Below are positions 8,819-17,722 of a stretch of 32,000 bases of DNA, piece after piece. Origin of the DNA: Thermoproteus uzoniensis 768-20 (GTDB lineage Archaea; Thermoproteota; Thermoprotei; Thermoproteales; Thermoproteaceae); the NCBI RefSeq assembly GCF_000193375.1, contig NC_015315.1:410622-442621 (forward strand), given 5' to 3'. The translations under genes and the position numbers were made by a program. The notes below the pieces were generated by a model that saw nothing but the letters and a program-made list of their open reading frames with translations, had not been told where the DNA came from and made no database searches. Position 1 is the stretch's first letter, and every line of letters begins with the position of its first letter.

Positions 8819-9286
8819 GTGCAGGAGCCTTGTTCTGTTAGGTCGATAAAGGCAGTCGCCTATTGCCACTCCACTGAGGATTGCGACAAGGTCGCCAAGG
8901 CGTTGAGGAACGTGTTGCCGGGCGAGGTACATGTGGAGAAGGTGACAGGATATTACGGTAATGTCATCACCATGATGTACGCAGAGGCCGTCGGCTGTTA
9001 CGCCACAACCATCTTTGCTAATATACTTAAATCTATAGATAATTTAGATTTTCAAATATTGTTAAATAATATAAATATATATAAAAATAAATTATTTATC
9101 AGATTTAATAAGCAGAAGGCTTTGCACGGAGTTCTGCGGCTCGATAGCGGCGACGACGTAATCCATGTAGAGGTCAGGGTGCCGCGCGCCGCGGCAAATA
9201 GCTTAATAGAGACCTTAGTAAGGTTGCGTGGATCCGGCAGAGGTTCTCAGGAAAAGCTTGAAGGAGGTGGAGGGCCTAGGCGCTAG
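8819..9286 (+). CDS. COG1325/DUF54-type RNA-binding protein (predicted exosome-associated)
   Basis: 155 aa. The N-terminal AYCHSTEDCDKVAKALRNVLP resembles the H(A/S)TED motif of this family. Lying next to psmA is the usual position for this family in the superoperon. Confidence 0.55.
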   Translation: MQEPCSVRSIKAVAYCHSTEDCDKVAKALRNVLPGEVHVEKVTGYYGNVITMMYAEAVGCYATTIFANILKSIDNLDFQILLNNINIYKNKLFIRFNKQKALHGVLRLDSGDDVIHVEVRVPRAAANSLIETLVRLRGSGRGSQEKLEGGGGPRR

Positions 9287-9434
9287 GGCGGTTCTGAACT
9301 ATGTCCTGTACGAGTTCGAGGTAGGAGGACCCTCGCGCGAAGTGGTCGAGGAGGCTCTAAGGATAGCCCAGAGAGAGCTCGATGAGCTTCAAAAGGTAGT
9401 CAAAATCCTTCAGGAATTGAAAGTATACGTGTAG
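9228..9434 (+). CDS. Hypothetical small helical protein
   Basis: 68-aa ORF with a GTG start that overlaps the previous gene by 59 nt. It is acidic and helical; no motif recognised. Confidence 0.4.
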   Translation: MDPAEVLRKSLKEVEGLGARAVLNYVLYEFEVGGPSREVVEEALRIAQRELDELQKVVKILQELKVYV

Positions 9435-9443
9435 TACACGTAA

Positions 9444-10379
9444 TCAGAGAGATACCGAGAGTATCGACTTGTACTGGATCTTGAACAGCTCGGCGATGTC
9501 GGGCCTGTGTATTTCGGCCACTATCTGGCCTCTTGATATCTGCTCGTTGAGGTAGCTGGACAGTATCTCGGCCACGTTCTCGTTAAAGCAATAATCGAAG
9601 TTGTCGACGAGCAGTAGGTCGGGCTTAGCTATGACTGCTGTGGCCAACGCCAGCGCGGCCTTCAGGCTACAGGGGAGCCTAGAGATCGGGATCTTGGCGC
9701 CGCCGATATACGCCACGCCGGCTAGAACGCCTCCCCTCGCCAGCCCCACGGCAAGTTTAATGCCCTTTTTCCTGAAAGATGCCCTGAGCCTGTCGTAGGC
9801 GTCGGGAGCTTTGAGGGCTAGCCTGGCCAACACGCCGACTAGGTTGCTTCCGTCGGGCTTGAGGACGCCCGTGGCCTTGGCGGCGTCGTGGAACGTCTTC
9901 GGGTCTATATACGGGCCCAACAAGATGGCCTTCAGCGAGAAGGTCTTTCTAAACTCGCCTAGAAGCCTATTCACCTCTTCGACCTCCTCGTCGGCAAGAA
10001 TGGAGACGTGCTCGGCGACGTCTACCTGAGGCATCAGGATATCCGCGTTTTTTATCGCAAGCTCGAACGGCTCCATCACCCTACTGATACGGGAGCCGTC
10101 TAAGACTCCGTACTCTATCGCGACTTTCCTGCCTCCATCCTCGAATATCTGTCTATAAATTTTGCCGTTTTTTTGCAACGAAAAAACTTTATTATTTATT
10201 TTTATAGATATACTAAATTTATTATAATAGATTTTTGGTATTTTAGATCCAATATTAGATAAAATTAAATAAATAGAATTTATGAAGACGCTTTTACCCG
10301 ATCCCGTTACAAATGTCAGCGGAGTCAGCTCGCCGGATATCTTACGCTCTCCTAACTGCAACGCTACGTGGCTTATCAC
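9444..10379 (-). CDS. Stand-alone ABC/SMC-like (AAA_21/COG1106-like) ATPase with a degenerate P-loop
   Basis: Walker A-like FVTGSGKS, DGSNLVGVLARL motif, signature-like ISRLPCSLKAALALA, Walker B LLLVDNFD, and H-loop-like AEIHRP. Confidence 0.6.
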   Translation of the reverse strand: MISHVALQLGERKISGELTPLTFVTGSGKSVFINSIYLILSNIGSKIPKIYYNKFSISIKINNKVFSLQKNGKIYRQIFEDGGRKVAIEYGVLDGSRISRVMEPFELAIKNADILMPQVDVAEHVSILADEEVEEVNRLLGEFRKTFSLKAILLGPYIDPKTFHDAAKATGVLKPDGSNLVGVLARLALKAPDAYDRLRASFRKKGIKLAVGLARGGVLAGVAYIGGAKIPISRLPCSLKAALALATAVIAKPDLLLVDNFDYCFNENVAEILSSYLNEQISRGQIVAEIHRPDIAELFKIQYKSILSVSL

Positions 10380-10483
10380 GCATCCAGCCTGCCGGCGTTA
10401 AATAATAAGGTTTCGCGCCCTCCGGCTATGGAGATAGGCGGCTTGAATACAAGGGCATATATTTATCGGCCTCTATATGTGTC

Positions 10484-11392
10484 ATGTTTCCCCTAGAGCT
10501 CTTGTCGGAGAGGGTGATGCAGCCGCTCAAGGGATTGATAGCGCACGAGCTCTCGCGCCGCGGCTTTTCGCAGAGCAGAATAGGCCAGATACTCGGCATA
10601 TCTCAACCGGCCGTAAGCGCCTATCTTAAACTGGATAGGGGGCACTATGAGCGGAGGCTTGCAGAGGTAGGGCTATCTAGAGAGGAGGTAGGCAGAGTTG
10701 TCGACGTCGTTATAGCCGCGGTGGATCAACAGAACTACCCTGAGGCGGTGGAGTATTTGAACAACTTCGTGTTGTCCCTACTCTCGTCGTTGAGGTTCTG
10801 CGAGTTCCACAAACGCGTGGCGCCCTACCTAAAAGACTGCGATGTATGTAAAAATATATCAATTATAAATGATGTTAAAAATAGAATAATTATTAGTTTT
10901 AATATGTTAAAAAACAATAAATATATAATAAATTTAGTCCCGAGAGTTTTAATGAACATAGTAGAGCTCAGCGGCGAGGGCCCTATCGGATATCCCGGCC
11001 GTATCTCGGTCGTGGGGGAAACCCTCGCGACTACGTCCGAGCCCCAGCTATGGGGCGCTAAATTTCTAGGCAGACTTATATTAGCTATAAATAATATTCA
11101 TAAGGATATAAAAGCAGTTATAAATATAAAATATGATGAAGGTTTAATTGATTGCATTAAAAAATATAATTACAAGTACGCTGTAGTGGGCCCCAGCAAT
11201 ACTGAGGAGGAGAGCATAGAGAACATAACGTCGGCCATGCGTAGCCACGCCTACGACGTGGTTTTCGATAGGGGAGGGATAGGCATAGAGGCTAACGGGT
11301 ACGTCTTCGGCTTCGACGCGCCAGACGCCGCTACTAAGATATTGAAAATAGCTCGGTGCAGGTCGGGCGCCCAAGACCAGGCAGACGTGTAG
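10484..11392 (+). CDS. HTH regulator fused to a ThiN-like (thiamine-phosphate-synthase-like) domain; ThiR-like
   Basis: N-terminal HTH: FSQSRIGQILGISQPAVSAYL. The C-terminal part (IGYPGRISVVGE...FDRGGIGIEANGYVFGFDAPDAATKIL) resembles ThiN domains. TATA CATATATTTATC lies about 27 nt upstream of the ATG. Confidence 0.5.
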   Translation: MFPLELLSERVMQPLKGLIAHELSRRGFSQSRIGQILGISQPAVSAYLKLDRGHYERRLAEVGLSREEVGRVVDVVIAAVDQQNYPEAVEYLNNFVLSLLSSLRFCEFHKRVAPYLKDCDVCKNISIINDVKNRIIISFNMLKNNKYIINLVPRVLMNIVELSGEGPIGYPGRISVVGETLATTSEPQLWGAKFLGRLILAINNIHKDIKAVINIKYDEGLIDCIKKYNYKYAVVGPSNTEEESIENITSAMRSHAYDVVFDRGGIGIEANGYVFGFDAPDAATKILKIARCRSGAQDQADV

Positions 11393-11487
11393 CCCTCGTG
11401 ATGCGGGGCGGAGATCTCCGGCGGCCGTCAAGCGCCGGGCGGCGCGACCCGGTTGCAAAGCTTTAAATCGTCTATCTTACCCCCCAC

Positions 11488-13074
11488 GTGACCGTTACCT
11501 ACGCCTACGAGGCCCTTCCTGTAGCTGAATGGTTCAGGAGAAATAGGGAGATAGCGGGGTTCCAGAACCCCGCGAGGGCGATGTACCAAACTGTCAGAGA
11601 GCTCGTCGAGAACAGCCTCGACGCCACAGAGCCCTACGGCATTCTGCCCAACATAACTATTACCATAAAGCCTGTGGACGAAGCGAAGAGCTGGTATTCT
11701 GTATATGTGGAGGATAACGGGGTGGGGATACCGGGCCACGAAATACCCAACGTCTTCGGCAGAGTGTTCTACAGCTCTAAGTACAAGATAAAGCAACATA
11801 GAGGCGTCTTCGGCCTCGGCCTCAAGATGGTGGTGTTGTATGCGCAGAGCACCACGAACCGGCCAATCTCGGTAAGATCGGCGGCGGTCCGCTCGGACAA
11901 GATATATGAATATAGAATAATGATAGATACTACAAAGAATGAGCCCATTATAGTTGATATGAGAGAATATGAAAATAAATATAAATGGCACGGCACCGCG
12001 GTGAAAGTGGTTATAGAAGGTAATTGGCTGAATTCCAAGAAGAGAATAGAAGAATATCTAAGAAGAACTGCAATAATATCGCCATATGCTGAGATATATT
12101 TCAAGGGGCCAGATATGGAGATGTTTCTGAAAAGGCGCACTATCAAGATACCTCCTCCTCCTGAGGAGGGCCTGCCCCACCCCAAGAGCGTGGACGTAGA
12201 CACAGTGAAGCAGATGATCTCGGAGAGCAAGACGGCGACACTCGCCGAGTTTTTGATAAACAATTTCGACGGCGTCGGGGAGGGGCTGGCGCGATCCTTC
12301 CTGGAATGGGCGGCATTGGACCCCAACAAGCCCGTGGGCTCCCTCACACAGGACGAGATAGTGCTTCTGGTAGAGAAGATGAAAGCCTACGAGGGCTGGC
12401 GGAGGCCGAGAGCCGACTGGCTCTCGCCCGCCGGGCCCGAGCTCTTGGAGGTAGGCGCCAAATCTATTCTGGGCGCAGAGGCGGTCTTCGCGGTGACTAG
12501 GAAGCCCAGTAGCTACTCGGGACATCCCTTCATAGTCGAGGCGGCCATAGCTTGGGGAGGGCAGATAGTTCCGGTGGACAAGCCGATACTCCTCAGATAC
12601 GCCAACAAGATCCCGCTGCTCTACGACGAGGGGGCCGACGTCGCGAGGAAAGTAGTCGACGAGTTCAACTGGCAGAACTACAAGGTTAAGTTCCCCGCAC
12701 CCGTCGCAGTGATAATACACGTGTGCTCCACGAAGGTCCCCTACGCCTCGGCCGGCAAGGAGGCGATAGCCGAAATACAGGAGATAGAGGAGGAGATGAA
12801 GCTCGCGTTAAGGGACGCCGCGAGGAAGCTGAGGATCTACCTCTCTAGGAAGGAGAGGGAGTTGGAGCTCCTCAACAAGTACACGTCGCTGGCCAAGTAC
12901 GTGGACGAGATAGCCCACAACATGGCGATAGTGACAGGCCTCGACAAGGACGCGCTCGCTAAGAGCCTCTATAAGCTGATCGAGAACAAGCTGGGCCTCA
13001 CAGTTGAGGAGCTCGCCAAACACGTCTTGTCCATGGCGTCCTCGATAAAGGAAGAGGCGGCCGAACAAGGCTAG
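11488..13074 (+). CDS. top6B: DNA topoisomerase VI subunit B
   Basis: GHKL ATPase motifs: ELVENSLDA, VEDNGVGIP, and KQHRGVFGLGLKMVVLY. 528 aa. The GTG start is about 27 nt after CTTTAAAT. Confidence 0.92.
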   Translation: MTVTYAYEALPVAEWFRRNREIAGFQNPARAMYQTVRELVENSLDATEPYGILPNITITIKPVDEAKSWYSVYVEDNGVGIPGHEIPNVFGRVFYSSKYKIKQHRGVFGLGLKMVVLYAQSTTNRPISVRSAAVRSDKIYEYRIMIDTTKNEPIIVDMREYENKYKWHGTAVKVVIEGNWLNSKKRIEEYLRRTAIISPYAEIYFKGPDMEMFLKRRTIKIPPPPEEGLPHPKSVDVDTVKQMISESKTATLAEFLINNFDGVGEGLARSFLEWAALDPNKPVGSLTQDEIVLLVEKMKAYEGWRRPRADWLSPAGPELLEVGAKSILGAEAVFAVTRKPSSYSGHPFIVEAAIAWGGQIVPVDKPILLRYANKIPLLYDEGADVARKVVDEFNWQNYKVKFPAPVAVIIHVCSTKVPYASAGKEAIAEIQEIEEEMKLALRDAARKLRIYLSRKERELELLNKYTSLAKYVDEIAHNMAIVTGLDKDALAKSLYKLIENKLGLTVEELAKHVLSMASSIKEEAAEQG

Positions 13075-13093
13075 TCAGCCATTGCCGGTTGCC

Positions 13094-13123
13094 TGCATAC
13101 TTTGAGTATGCAAATTTTTTATT
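13094..13123 (+). terminator. Perfect 8-bp hairpin (TGCATACT-TTG-AGTATGCA) followed by AATTTTTTATT, a candidate top6B terminator that overlaps the next gene's TATA region
   Basis: Inverted repeat 13094-13101 / 13105-13112. The T-run at 13115-13120 lies 20 nt after the top6B stop. Confidence 0.5.
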
Positions 13124-13145
13124 AGTCAAAAAATGAACGGCGGCA

Positions 13146-13859
13146 ATGAAGAAGATCTACGTGGCAGTGGTCGGTGCGGCGATAGCCGCTCTGTTGACAG
13201 TATATCTGGCGTATGCGGGATCTGTCAATAAGCCGTCAGGCGCCGGACCCAAGCCGTTTCACGTGAAGTTGTTGGTTAGGGGCGATAAGTTGATAGCGCT
13301 GTACGATAACGGCACAGTATTCGCGGTTCTGAAGCTACACATGTATCGCGATTCAGACATAAGGATAGCCGATAAAGTGCCCAACTTTACAGCGACGGGT
13401 AACGTGATAAAGGTGAGGCTGAAAGCAGTGATAGAGAACGGCACTATCAAGGCCATAGAGGTAATCTTCGACAACGGAACCGAGATAGTTCTCACCAACG
13501 TGACCATACACAGTTCGGGCATAAGAAAAGTCGGCGCTACGGATACGCAGTCGACGAGGCCGCAGATCATAGCCGTCTCCCAGAACATAGGCGGACCGCC
13601 AGGAAGTCAGGACATGTATGGCCCATACCCAGGCGCCTTGGCTCTCCAGTTCAACCTATCGTGGAGCCCTACGTCCACGGGGCTGTGCGTTGGGTACTTC
13701 TATGCGGAGACAGACAACGGCGAGGGGTACTGCGGCTGGGGAGGTAGTTTGAGCTACAGGTTTAACTTTAATGGCGTGGACACTGCGTATGCCGTAGTCT
13801 TCAATCCGTTTACAGCAACAGTAACACACCAAGGAACTCTAACGGCATACATTTGGTAA
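13146..13859 (+). CDS. Secreted or membrane-anchored hypothetical protein
   Basis: N-terminal signal/anchor MKKIYVAVVGAAIAALLTVYLAYAGS. The body is beta-rich with 6 N-x-S/T sequons. Confidence 0.6.
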   Translation: MKKIYVAVVGAAIAALLTVYLAYAGSVNKPSGAGPKPFHVKLLVRGDKLIALYDNGTVFAVLKLHMYRDSDIRIADKVPNFTATGNVIKVRLKAVIENGTIKAIEVIFDNGTEIVLTNVTIHSSGIRKVGATDTQSTRPQIIAVSQNIGGPPGSQDMYGPYPGALALQFNLSWSPTSTGLCVGYFYAETDNGEGYCGWGGSLSYRFNFNGVDTAYAVVFNPFTATVTHQGTLTAYIW

Positions 13860-13888
13860 AATTTTTAAACTTATATTTTTAAATTCTT

Positions 13889-14518
13889 ATGGATAAAAGA
13901 TTTAGTCCTTCAACATATGCCGATAAATGTAGAAGAAGATTTATTATATTTGCCGGATCTCTGGCGATGCCCTGGCTGGCCCTCCTCATCCATTACCTGT
14001 ACGTCATTGGGCGGATTGACCGCATATGGTACCTAGCTTTGGCCGCCTCGTCATTGGCGGTGGCCATGACGCCGAGATTTCTGCAGTTTAGATGGGACGA
14101 TATAGGCGCTTTCGGATACCTCTATAGAAGACGGCGGTTCTGCGCGGCCTCGGTCCCTCTAGCTGTCACGGCCTACGCTACCTTGTTAGCCGTCGGCGCC
14201 CTATCCCTATACCTCTACTTCTTCTGGCCTCCCTCGACGGTTCTGAGGCTTGTGGACGTCAGCAAGGGGACGGCCTTGTGGATCGTGGTATACAACGTCA
14301 CTATTCACAACAAGACGATGCTATTCCAGATACAGATACTAGATCGCTACTTCCAATCGCCTCTGAGCTGGCCCTTCTACGCCCTCGCCATCATCGGTGG
14401 GCTCCACACAGCAGTGTCGGCGTCGTTGCTGGCGTATTGGAGATCCATAGGGAGTGTGAACGACGCGGTGGCTAGATCCATGGAGCTCTATGAGCGGGGA
14501 AGAAGACTTCTTACCTGA
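13889..14518 (+). CDS. Hypothetical integral membrane protein (about 4 transmembrane helices)
   Basis: Several 20-aa hydrophobic segments. The gene is preceded by an AT-rich TATA region. Confidence 0.55.
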   Translation: MDKRFSPSTYADKCRRRFIIFAGSLAMPWLALLIHYLYVIGRIDRIWYLALAASSLAVAMTPRFLQFRWDDIGAFGYLYRRRRFCAASVPLAVTAYATLLAVGALSLYLYFFWPPSTVLRLVDVSKGTALWIVVYNVTIHNKTMLFQIQILDRYFQSPLSWPFYALAIIGGLHTAVSASLLAYWRSIGSVNDAVARSMELYERGRRLLT

Positions 14519-14771
14519 CTTCTACGTGTTAGCCAGAATACTTGCGTTGGTAAGGAACGGGGTCAGGAAGAGGCGTAGCCTCGCCCTCATGTCTGGGCTC
14601 AACTACCGCAGTTTCCAACGATACCTAGACTACTTAGTCGAGAAAGGCTTGGTGAGGGACGGCGCGGAGATAACGCTGACGCCTAAAGGAGCCGAGATAT
14701 TAGATAGGCTGGAGGACTTGATAAAGGAGATATCGTCGAGGGAGAATCCGTTCGACACCAAGAGGAGATGA
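14490..14771 (+). CDS. Small winged-helix DNA-binding protein
   Basis: LALMSGLNYRSFQRYLDYLVEKGLVRDGAEITLTPKGAEIL is a typical wHTH of the archaeal HTH_45-like type. It overlaps the upstream membrane protein gene by 29 nt. Confidence 0.6.
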   Translation: MSGEEDFLPDFYVLARILALVRNGVRKRRSLALMSGLNYRSFQRYLDYLVEKGLVRDGAEITLTPKGAEILDRLEDLIKEISSRENPFDTKRR

Positions 14772-14987
14772 TAATTTTGCCAAGAATATTGGCCGTCCAT
14801 ATAGCTTTTGGACCTACGAGGTTGCCGTAAGCCGCCTCGTACACGCATCTAGCAACGTATTCAAGACGTGAGCATCGCCGGATTTCGTTTCGAGAGTTAG
14901 ATCGTACAAGTGATAGCACGGGGCTGTGACTAACCGGCGCACGGCCCCGGTGCGGATCCCAGAAACGCTTTTGCGCACTTCGGCAAA

Positions 14988-16121
14988 ATGATATATATTG
15001 CTCACGCTAAGCGCCCTGTGAGTGGCCGGGCTGACTTCTTAAAGCGGTTGGAGGAGTGGGGAGCCGAGCTCGCGAAATCGGCGTTGAGCCTCAAGGAGCC
15101 CGTCATGGAGATACCGGCCCGCACCCTCAGCAACACCATATGGGACGAGAAGGCGAGGATGTTGAGGCTGGGCCCCGAGAAGATACACAGGAGGTTCCTC
15201 GACGTGAAGGAGTCTAGGAGGTTTATGCAGACCGTGTTGATGTTGAGGCTGATAGTGGACGCCATAAGGGCCGACGTGTACCCGACGATACGCGACCTCT
15301 ACTACAACGGAAAACACACGATAGTATTCAAGGATCCGTTGGGCAGAGTCCATAGGGAGAACACCTGGGACGAGCAAGCGGAGTCCAACGGAGTTATAGA
15401 AGATATAGAGGTTGCTACGAATATATTGAGGGAGGAGATGGGCATCAGCGCAGACGTAAAGGGCAAGGTGGTGGGCCCTATAGTGGTCCGCTCCCAGGGA
15501 TACGAGCTGGACGCCTCCAAATTCGGCGAGACGGCCCTCAGCCTCCCCGTCAACGTCGACGCGTTGGAGATAGTCAAGGTCGAGGCCTCCTACGTCTTGG
15601 TCATAGAAAAGGACGCGATCTTCCAACGTCTAGTCAGGGAGAAGTTCTGGTCGCAGGAAAATGCGGTGTTAATAACCGCGAAGGGCATGCCCGACAGAGC
15701 CACTAGGAGGTTTGTCAAAAGGCTTAACGAGGAGTACAGGTTGCCGGTCTACGTGTTGACGGACGGCGACCCCTACGGAATCTACATCTACTCCGTATAC
15801 AAAAGCGGCTCGATAAAGCTCAGCTACGAGAGCGAGCGGCTGGCGACGCCTAAGGCCAAATTCCTCGGGGTGGCGCCTCTCGATATAGAGAGGTACAAAA
15901 TACCCGACCAGTTCGTGATAAGAGCCACCGACAGAGACATAAAGAGGGCGCAAGAGCTCCTCAAATACCCATGGTTCCAGAACGACGTCTGGAAGAAGGA
16001 GCTGGAGTATTTCTTGAAGACCAAGAAGAAGGTTGAAATAGAGGCCCTGTCGGCACATGGGTTAAAATATCTTCATGACTATATAAAAGATAAAATTAGA
16101 GGTAATAAATTTATAGATTAA
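14988..16121 (+). CDS. top6A: DNA topoisomerase VI subunit A (Spo11 homologue)
   Basis: RDLYYNGKH and a Toprim region VLVIEKDAIF...LTDGDPYGIYI. An alternative leaderless start is the GTG at 15018, 27 nt after ATATATATT (14991-14999). Confidence 0.92.
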   Translation: MIYIAHAKRPVSGRADFLKRLEEWGAELAKSALSLKEPVMEIPARTLSNTIWDEKARMLRLGPEKIHRRFLDVKESRRFMQTVLMLRLIVDAIRADVYPTIRDLYYNGKHTIVFKDPLGRVHRENTWDEQAESNGVIEDIEVATNILREEMGISADVKGKVVGPIVVRSQGYELDASKFGETALSLPVNVDALEIVKVEASYVLVIEKDAIFQRLVREKFWSQENAVLITAKGMPDRATRRFVKRLNEEYRLPVYVLTDGDPYGIYIYSVYKSGSIKLSYESERLATPKAKFLGVAPLDIERYKIPDQFVIRATDRDIKRAQELLKYPWFQNDVWKKELEYFLKTKKKVEIEALSAHGLKYLHDYIKDKIRGNKFID

Positions 16122-16233
16122 ATATTTTATTTAAGAAAGATACTATTATTTATCATATTATATGAATTGTATATATATACAGAGGGCGAGTATATGCAAT
16201 AAATAGTTATATATAGGTCTTCAAGATAACACC

Positions 16234-17241
16234 ATGGAAGGCGAGGTGCGTAGGGTACAGTTGACGGGCGGCGCCACCCTCATAGTCAGTTTGCCTAAGG
16301 AATGGGCACGACGGACCAACCTATCGCCGGGCGACGAGGTGCTCATAGTGCCTCAGCCCGACAACACGTTGGTCCTAATACCGCGGAAACTGGGCCGGCG
16401 GACGTCGCTGTCCGTGGAGCTCTACGTCGACGAGAAGACGAGCGTGGAGGAGCTGGAGAAGATCTTCATGTCCATCTACATCGCGGGAGCCGAAGTCATA
16501 ACTATAAGGTTTGCCCCAGGAGCTACCCAGTACCGTAAATACCTCAAGGATTTCGTCAGGAGGAGGGTCATAGACATGGAGATAACGGAGGAGTCCAGCG
16601 ACAAGCTGGTCGTCCAGGCGATGGTGGCCGCCACAGAGCTGGCCATAGGCGACGTAGTCCTCAAGATGTTGAAGCTCGCCGACAATATGTTGCTCGATCT
16701 GGTAAAGGGTCTGGAGACGGATAACATGGAGTTGCTGAGAGACGTCACTGAGCGGGACGACGAGGTGGACAGGCTCTACTGGCTCGTCGAGCGCCAGCTC
16801 AAGAGAGCCGCCATGTCGCGCTACATAATGCTGGAATTAAAGGTCGAAGATCCCCGCGATTTAGTCGAGTACACGATAATAGCTAAATCGATAGAGAGGA
16901 TAGCTGACCATATATGCAAGATATCCTATATAAATCAAGAGGAGAAGGTGGACTTAAGGGTAGTGAGGCCGATCCTAGAAAGGGCCGTGGAGCATATGGG
17001 CGCCCTCATGGACTTCTTCGGCGGCAACGTCGACGACATGAAGCTGGCCGCCCTCTATAGAGAGCTCACCGACTGGTCCCTCAAGATGAGGAAGGAAGTG
17101 GTTCTGTCCGACCCCGCCACCTCGCTGGCCAGAGACAGCGCCGTGAGGATAAACGAATACATAAGCGACATACTGGAGTCGTTGTTGCATATAAGGCTCA
17201 AGAACTTCCAGAGACTGGGCGCAGAGGCTCGACAGCAATAG
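16234..17241 (+). CDS. phoU: AbrB/SpoVT-domain + PhoU-domain regulator (phosphate uptake regulator-like)
   Basis: The N-terminus RRVQLTGGATLIVSLPKEWARRTNLSPGDEVLIV is an AbrB swapped-hairpin motif. The C-terminal helical repeats contain ERDDEVDRLY and AKSIERIADH, which are PhoU motifs. Confidence 0.75.
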   Translation: MEGEVRRVQLTGGATLIVSLPKEWARRTNLSPGDEVLIVPQPDNTLVLIPRKLGRRTSLSVELYVDEKTSVEELEKIFMSIYIAGAEVITIRFAPGATQYRKYLKDFVRRRVIDMEITEESSDKLVVQAMVAATELAIGDVVLKMLKLADNMLLDLVKGLETDNMELLRDVTERDDEVDRLYWLVERQLKRAAMSRYIMLELKVEDPRDLVEYTIIAKSIERIADHICKISYINQEEKVDLRVVRPILERAVEHMGALMDFFGGNVDDMKLAALYRELTDWSLKMRKEVVLSDPATSLARDSAVRINEYISDILESLLHIRLKNFQRLGAEARQQ

Positions 17242-17722
17242 CCACGATATCCTCGAAAAACCTGTGGACGACTTCCTTATCCACTATTCTGCCTAGCGCC
17301 GACACAGCGTCCTCGACCGCGTCGGCCCTGCCCAGTGTGCTGTATGTCAACACTAGCAGGCGCGGCCTGTAGGCGAACGCCCACCTCAATATGTGGTTGA
17401 TGAGCCCGTAGTCGTAGATTGCCACGGCCTCCAAATCCACGGGCGGCTCCTCGGGCGGCAGATAGGGCGGGTTGCTGACCACTAAGTCGGCTCTAGATAT
17501 GGCCGAAAGCCCGTGCGCGCACAGCGCGTCGTACTCCTTACATCCGGCGCACGCGTAGGGGTTTATATCCACGGCCACGACGCGCTTGCAGAGTCTGCCC
17601 AACGCGCGCGTGAGTATACACGAGCCGGCGCCTACATCTACACATATATCGAATTTACCATTTATTCTAGATAGTAGATTTAGAGTTACATAGCTATCTT
17701 CTTGTGGTTTATATATAAACAT
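17198..17722 (-). CDS. NPPY-motif SAM methyltransferase, Mtq2/HemK-like (release factor glutamine N5-methyltransferase)
   Basis: YKPQEDSY (cf. the YEPAEDS motif of Mtq2), VDVGAGSCILT (SAM motif I) and VVSNPPYLP. Confidence 0.7.
   Translation of the reverse strand: MFIYKPQEDSYVTLNLLSRINGKFDICVDVGAGSCILTRALGRLCKRVVAVDINPYACAGCKEYDALCAHGLSAISRADLVVSNPPYLPPEEPPVDLEAVAIYDYGLINHILRWAFAYRPRLLVLTYSTLGRADAVEDAVSALGRIVDKEVVHRFFEDIVAIAVEPLRPVSGSS

Noticed and set aside
8819-9434. Possibility that 8819..9286 and 9228..9434 are one gene joined by a frameshift.
   Set aside because: The first ORF already has the full length expected for the COG1325-type protein. The second has its own GTG and a distinct helical, acidic character. 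Nothing in the sequence (such as a slippery run) suggests programmed frameshifting.
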